A stretch of 61,066 nucleotides of DNA, counting the filler. It is 10 parts of 10 records of this genome, joined end to end, with 100 filler letters (N's around TTAATTAATTAA, not from the genome) between each part and the next. Parts side by side here need not be neighbours in the genome. Positions count along the whole stretch, not along the records: positions 51,689 to 61,066 come from SRR15195285_2558; 9 more parts are not named here. One strand, given 5' to 3'. The position numbers and the translations under genes were made by a program. Below, piece after piece: positions 55,694 through 61,066 of the stretch (its first letter is position 1; every line of letters begins with the position of its first letter). Under the pieces are notes generated by a model that was not told the origin of the DNA, did no database searches, and saw nothing but the letters and a program-made list of their open reading frames with translations.

Positions 55694-58600
55694 TCACACC
55701 GCGCCGTCGTCGTCTGCTGGAGTCGGGACGACCGGCGGGCCCTGGTGCCCGCCGTTCCAAGCCCGGCGCTGGTAGAAAAGCATGTAGGCATTCGGCGTGC
55801 GCACAGCATCCGCGCTCATTTTCGAGACATACGCATCGTTGTAGTTGTACCACTCAGCGGTGCGAACCTTGGACAGTGTCCGGGCGTATGTGTAGTAGTG
55901 CCCCCCCGCAAGACCTGGAGACCGTCGGCAAGTTTGACAACACGGAGAAAATCAGCCGCCTCTGAGAGTTCTCCGCGCTTGGAACTAGTCTCTCACAATG
56001 CACGCGCGCATGCAGGGAGAGCGCGTGTCTGTCTAGTGCGTGTCTGTCTGCATGTGTGTCGTGCTGGGAGTGCAACTTGCCACCACTCTGGTTGACGACG
56101 GCGTAGAGGTCATAAAGGTATGTTTCCCCGTCAGCGTTCTGGCCGTCCTTGACGTACCTGTACACCCCCGCGCATTCAAGCAACGGCGCCACGGAGCAAA
56201 CAGCCGTTACGAAAACCAGCTGGTAAGACCGACCGCAGAGGACGGCAGCCACGTAACTGGGCAGAAAGAAGCCTGGATGTGCCAAGACGCACGGAGTCAG
56301 GTCCAGCACATCTGGGAAATCCACAGGCGTAGTGATTTTCTCCGTCGTCGCCATAGTGCCATAGTTGGAGTAGCTTCGGACATTCGTAGTGCTGAAGCGC
56401 TTCAGCTGAATGACTAGGATGTTCGCCATGCTCCAAAGGGAGAACTTTTTTGTGCATCGTTTCAGGTCCTACATGGGCAGACAGCGCACGCCGATAAACC
56501 AGTAGGGAGTTTAGACGCTGCTAGCAACGACAGCAACAGCCCGAGGGCCGACAGTGTGAGTACGACTCTCTGTCTGCACAGCGGACGGAGGCGCAGCCCG
56601 CGTGTTCCACCATCGCTCTCGACACTTGGACACACCTTGCAACGCGGGCAGTACCAGAGGTCCTCTGGACTCAACGTCTCGAGCTTAACGAACTCATCCA
56701 GGCATTGCGAAAGCGGCAGCGCACCGTCGACGGAGTCGACACGATTCAGAGTAGCGGAGTCGTCCTCCTGCGTTTTGCCCAAGTACAAGAAAAGATTTCT
56801 GCTTAGCTGCTGCCGTGGGATGAGAAATGATCGAGCTTCTAGCTTGTCTGCAAAAGTGTGGCTACTGCTACGGACCTTATCCTTGGAAGCATCACGTGCG
56901 TCTAGTCCAGCAGGCGTCCAATCGAAACACACTGCTTTAGAGGTCCCACTAAAATACTTGTCAACGGGGAACGGCTCGTCGTCGCTGGGGAGTGGCTGGC
57001 CTTTGTCGGCGCGGGACGGATCAGCCAGAACGAGGGTGTAGCAGTCGTTGGCGGGCGGAACTCGTGACACCTTAGCCGCCGCTTCTAATTCACGTGCGTC
57101 CATCCCGCCTTTCACCTTCAACATGTGCTCGCATTTCAGTCGCGCTTGTTCTTCTTCGTCTTCATGCAAAAATACTATGCATGGCTTCATCGCAACTGAT
57201 ATTTCGGTGATCAAGGTCTGGGAATCTCCCTTCTCGTACACAACAAAGCGATCTCCAATTTTTGTTGAGGCTTGGTAGGGATTTGCTTGACCAGATTTGA
57301 CGGTCCCCATCACCTTGGTGACCATCATCTCAGTTTCAGTTGCCGGAGACTTGACCCAGTGCACCTCCACATCAGTCGAGCGCCTGTTGTAAACTCTTAA
57401 CGAACTTGCTATCCCTTTGGAGGTGCGGTTGATTTCATCTTCCTTTTCCTGCAAGCGGAGATTCATTTGCACGCGCTCGTTTTCAATTGCCTGGTCACTT
57501 CGATCGAGCTCTCCAGCTTTCCAGAAGAGCCCCGTTGCGTACCGCAGCTCGCGCAGTATGGCGCCGTGCTGGACCAATCCATCCGCCCTCATTGCGCCAG
57601 CGCGGCCGCGCAGGTAGAGTGCACGCACATTCTGAGGAGCCTGTTGCAGTACCAACTCGCAGTCAGCAACAGCCTCCTTAAGCAACGTCTGCTTGCCATT
57701 CTGCGCTGCCTCAACTTCCGCGCGTGCAATATTGCCGGCTGCTCTGCCGGTACGGCAGGTGTGTTCTACCTGAAGGACGCCAGGTAGTTCCGTGTCGCCG
57801 CCCGTGTCTGTATCGTGCCCCGGGGGGACAGAAGACACGTGGTTTGCCAAGGTGTCGACTCCCTCGGTGAAGCAGGCGATGGCACCGGTCGGATCATCAC
57901 TTTCTAGCTTTGCTTCACCCTCTGCAATGAGCTCTTTGGCCTTCGCAATCGCGGGCTCCATCGCCAATTCCGCCGCCGCTTGCATGCGAAGGAACCGCTC
58001 GGCCTGACCGTCTTTCAGCATCATCTTTCCTATTTGCTGCATCTTGGTGCGGACGTCGCGATTTGTGCAGCCTGCGGGCAACCCGACTAACAGCGGATAC
58101 GCAAATTTTTCTGGCCCGCCGTATGTCGATCGAGCAGGTCTGCGGTTAAGCACCTGCAAAGGATGTTCCGTGCGTTCATCGAGCTCGTACACAAAGATGA
58201 TGTCGCGAGGCTGGATAGACCTGAGAGCAGCCGTGTCCGCCAGTACTTTGTACATACGGGACTGGTAGACTTCGCATATGTAGAGGCGTGCGCTGTCGAT
58301 TCCAGTCATCTCAGCCAGCTTGTCGCGCATGTCACTGATAACGCCGCTCAAAGGCACCTCTACCACCGTCTGTACTGCAGTACGGCCAGGGCCGCAGACG
58401 TCGCGGACTATTGTAACCTGCTGCGGCTTGGTGGTTGGCTGCGGCAGAGGTACCGGGAGGTACATGACCTCGTCAAACTTGATGCTGATGCATTTGCAGT
58501 CAAGGCATTGAGCCTGCGATCGCAACTGCCCGTGAAAGTGATCGACCACCACGGACTGATTCCGCTTCAAATGGATTTCCCACGACTCCGCAGCAACCTC

Positions 58601-60349
58601 GGCATCTGGTCGACTGCCGTCATGGTCTGGTGGTTCTGTGATCGGCTTGTTTTTCACCCGATTTAGATCTTCGTGAATGGCGTCTAGCAGGAATGACAGC
58701 AGCTCGTGTGAATCATGCTGCTGATAGCCTGCGAACATGGGGTTCGCATCGCCAATGGCCCGCTTCATGGCCGTTGGAGACACGCTCGATTGGCGATTCG
58801 ACCAGATCTGCTGCATCAGGTTGCCAAACTCAGTGGCAAGTCTGCCCTTGTGACCAAGTGGGTTATCAACATTGATATCCGCTTCGAACTGCCGAGAGAC
58901 GAAAAAGTCGCGCCAGCTCGGGGTATTGCTGAGCGCTTGCAGGGCAGAGTTCATGAAGCACGTGTTTCCGAGATTCGTTAGCCCACAGATCCCGCTGAGT
59001 TCCTCGACTTCTGGTGGAGGTGGCAACGAATACCTGTCGCCGCCGCCGCCGGCACCGCCGCCAGCCCTCCCAGCACCTGGGGCGGGTGCGGCAGGAATCA
59101 TCGCTCCTGGCTCCTCGAGATCCTCGCACTCTATAGCTACCGTCACACTAGCGCCCTGCCCTGTCTTGACGTCCACCGTCATCTCCTCCCAGTCGACACG
59201 CTGCACGGTTGCCGCCGCCCAAGCCCCGTCGCACCGCACCTCGCACTCATCGCCCTCCCGCAGGTCCCGCGGCATCCCAAATGGCCGGCGCTTCTCGTCG
59301 TCGACTGCTAGCTCGTGGGTGTGCCATCTCTGTATCCTTCCCGCGCTCACCCGAACCCACGGGGTGGCTGGGCCCTCCTCGACCTGACCCATTTCCTCCA
59401 GGCTCATTCGGGCCAGGCGACTCGCGAGGACATCGTCACCGCTAACCAAGGCAGGGCAGCACAGCTGCACCTCTCCGTCCCGGCCACCGCTACCGACCGC
59501 CACAACAGCAGCTGACACCCAGTCCCCCCCCGCCTGTGCGTTTTCATCAGCGTTGTAGTCGACCCTGTCGCCAACCTCTAACGGGTCCACGGCAGGATCC
59601 TTCCAGTGCGCGATGCCGTTTGCGCGTCGCACGCGCTCCGCAAACTTCCATTCCCCGAAGAACGGCTGCTCGATCAGCAAAGTCACCCCATCCTTGAGCT
59701 GCAGGTCGCCCATGTGGTCGTCCTTCTCGTCCGCGCCAAAGTGCTTCCAGAGGCGCAGTGTGGTCGCGTCCATATCCTCGCCGTCGTCCAGCACGAGGCC
59801 GGCGTCGGGGTGCGCCCACACCCGCGCGGGACCGCTTGGGTGCAGGATGGACAGCGCATCTCCGACCGTGGCGTCACGGCTGATCGTCTGCACGGATGCG
59901 GCTCCCGGCACACGCTTCCCGTGCTCGTCTAGCGCCTCGACCATCGCGATCAGCGGGTAGCGCTCGACCACAAGCTCGTTCCCTCGGGAGACCACCACCC
60001 TGCGCAGCACCGGCCCGCCTGCGTAGATCCCGTTGACGTACTCCCACGCCGCCTTCGGTAGCATCTCGTAGTCCTGCCCTTCGGACAGCCCCGCCCTCAG
60101 GATGCCCAGCTCCGCGCTGCGCGGCCCCTCGGCGAGGAGATCGCCGTTGTCGATCTGCGGCGGCGGCGGCACCTCCTCCCGCAGCAGGCTACTCGCTGCG
60201 CCCTGCGGCGCCCCCAGCTGCACATACTCGCTGAAGAGCGCCCACCAGCGCGCGCTCACCAGGAACTGCTCCTGCCCCGCCTCCAGCTGCCCCTGCCGCA
60301 GCCTCAGCACCGTCTCCTTCTGCTCGCCCCTCCCCACCCCATCCGCCAT
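55694..60349 (-). CDS. Ubiquitin-specific protease, USP4/11/15-like (DUSP domain), with extra Tudor-like, TPR and VHL-beta-like modules; multi-exon
   Basis: FLVSARWW..PPQIDNGDLL (DUSP); GLTNLGNTCFMNSALQ; QQHDSHELL; LDAIHEDLNRV; WYCPRCK; spliced QLKRF and YDLYAVVNQSGGLAGGHY..WYNYND..AYMLFY; stop at 55694. Confidence 0.92.
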
Positions 60350-61037
60350 CTCGCGACCCGCCTCGCCGCACAACTCCAACAATCCACAAACCCTCCCCTC
60401 ACCCCTTCCCCCCCTCACCTCCTCACCCCCTCACCCCCTCTCCGTCTCGTACGCACACAAGGCCCCCCGCACGGATCGCCCAGGGCAGGTATAGCGATCA
60501 ACAGCCCTCACCTCCTCCCCACCTCCTCCTCCTCCTCCTCCTCCTTCCCCTGCGTTGGTTGCCGCTCCCGGGGGTACCAGAAACACACTGGTAAATACAG
60601 TGGACCGGTGTGATGGTTCGCCACCCGTATGAACAGTGAAATTGGGCCCCGGACGGGTTTTCTGAGTCGGCTGGGAATTGAATTCTGACAACTACAGCTG
60701 TACGAAGAATCAAGAAATTCCGAGGTCGTCTTCTGTCCGGAGTGCGGCCGAGGCGGGTTTGAATATGAATTTATATAAAGAGAGAAAGTGGTCGGTGCTC
60801 TCTCGACTCTCTGCGAATCATGTGCGCTGATTGCAGCTATTAATGGGCCCGGTACGGCTCTGGCGCAACAGGTATGTGCCACATTCTCTCATCTCTGGCT
60901 CTCGCGTCTCGGCATACAGTAAGGGGAATTCGGTTGTTTCGGGGGGTCGACAGTTCTGGCCTACTCGAGTCGCTGCTGTTGATTGCCGCATCACTATTGA
61001 AATGCGGGTTGTTCTGCTGTTCGTGAATTGAATGACC

Positions 61038-61066
61038 GTCACAGGCTGGGTTGGATTCTTGTGGAG
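61038..61066 (+). mobile_element. Partial copy of the 11275 MITE family at the window end
   Basis: gtcacaggctgggttggattcttgt identical to 11276-11300. Confidence 0.7.

Noticed and set aside
1-61066. tRNA, rRNA, snRNA genes and prokaryotic defence systems
   Set aside because: No cloverleaf, rRNA or snRNA signature seen by eye, and the genes are spliced and eukaryotic; tRNAscan-SE or Infernal would be needed to exclude small RNAs.

Overview
Eukaryotic, GC-rich, intron-containing DNA made of ten unrelated contigs joined by artificial 100-nt linkers (N44-TTAATTAATTAA-N44), so gene order across linkers is meaningless. It looks like a draft or metagenome/single-cell assembly of a unicellular eukaryote (my inference). 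Recognisable genes: two ubiquitin-specific proteases, a thioredoxin-fused calpain-15-like protease, a signal-peptide SAM-ankyrin-SAM protein ending in KDDL, Maf, SAC3/GANP, the gamete fusogen HAP2/GCS1, pirin, a GH16 glucanase, a TauD-family dioxygenase, an amidohydrolase, a four-domain cysteine dioxygenase, an acetolactate synthase small subunit with a frameshift, and several secreted or coiled-coil proteins. The most notable items are a HAP2 with large insertions and an RRRR site; an ABAB tandem cysteine dioxygenase on a contig bounded by a perfect 30-bp inverted repeat; and intergenic DNA rich in TA-CNG-TA motifs resembling Tc1/mariner/pogo excision footprints, one pair visible as an insertion between two repeat copies. 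All family calls come from motif recognition by eye, with no database searches.
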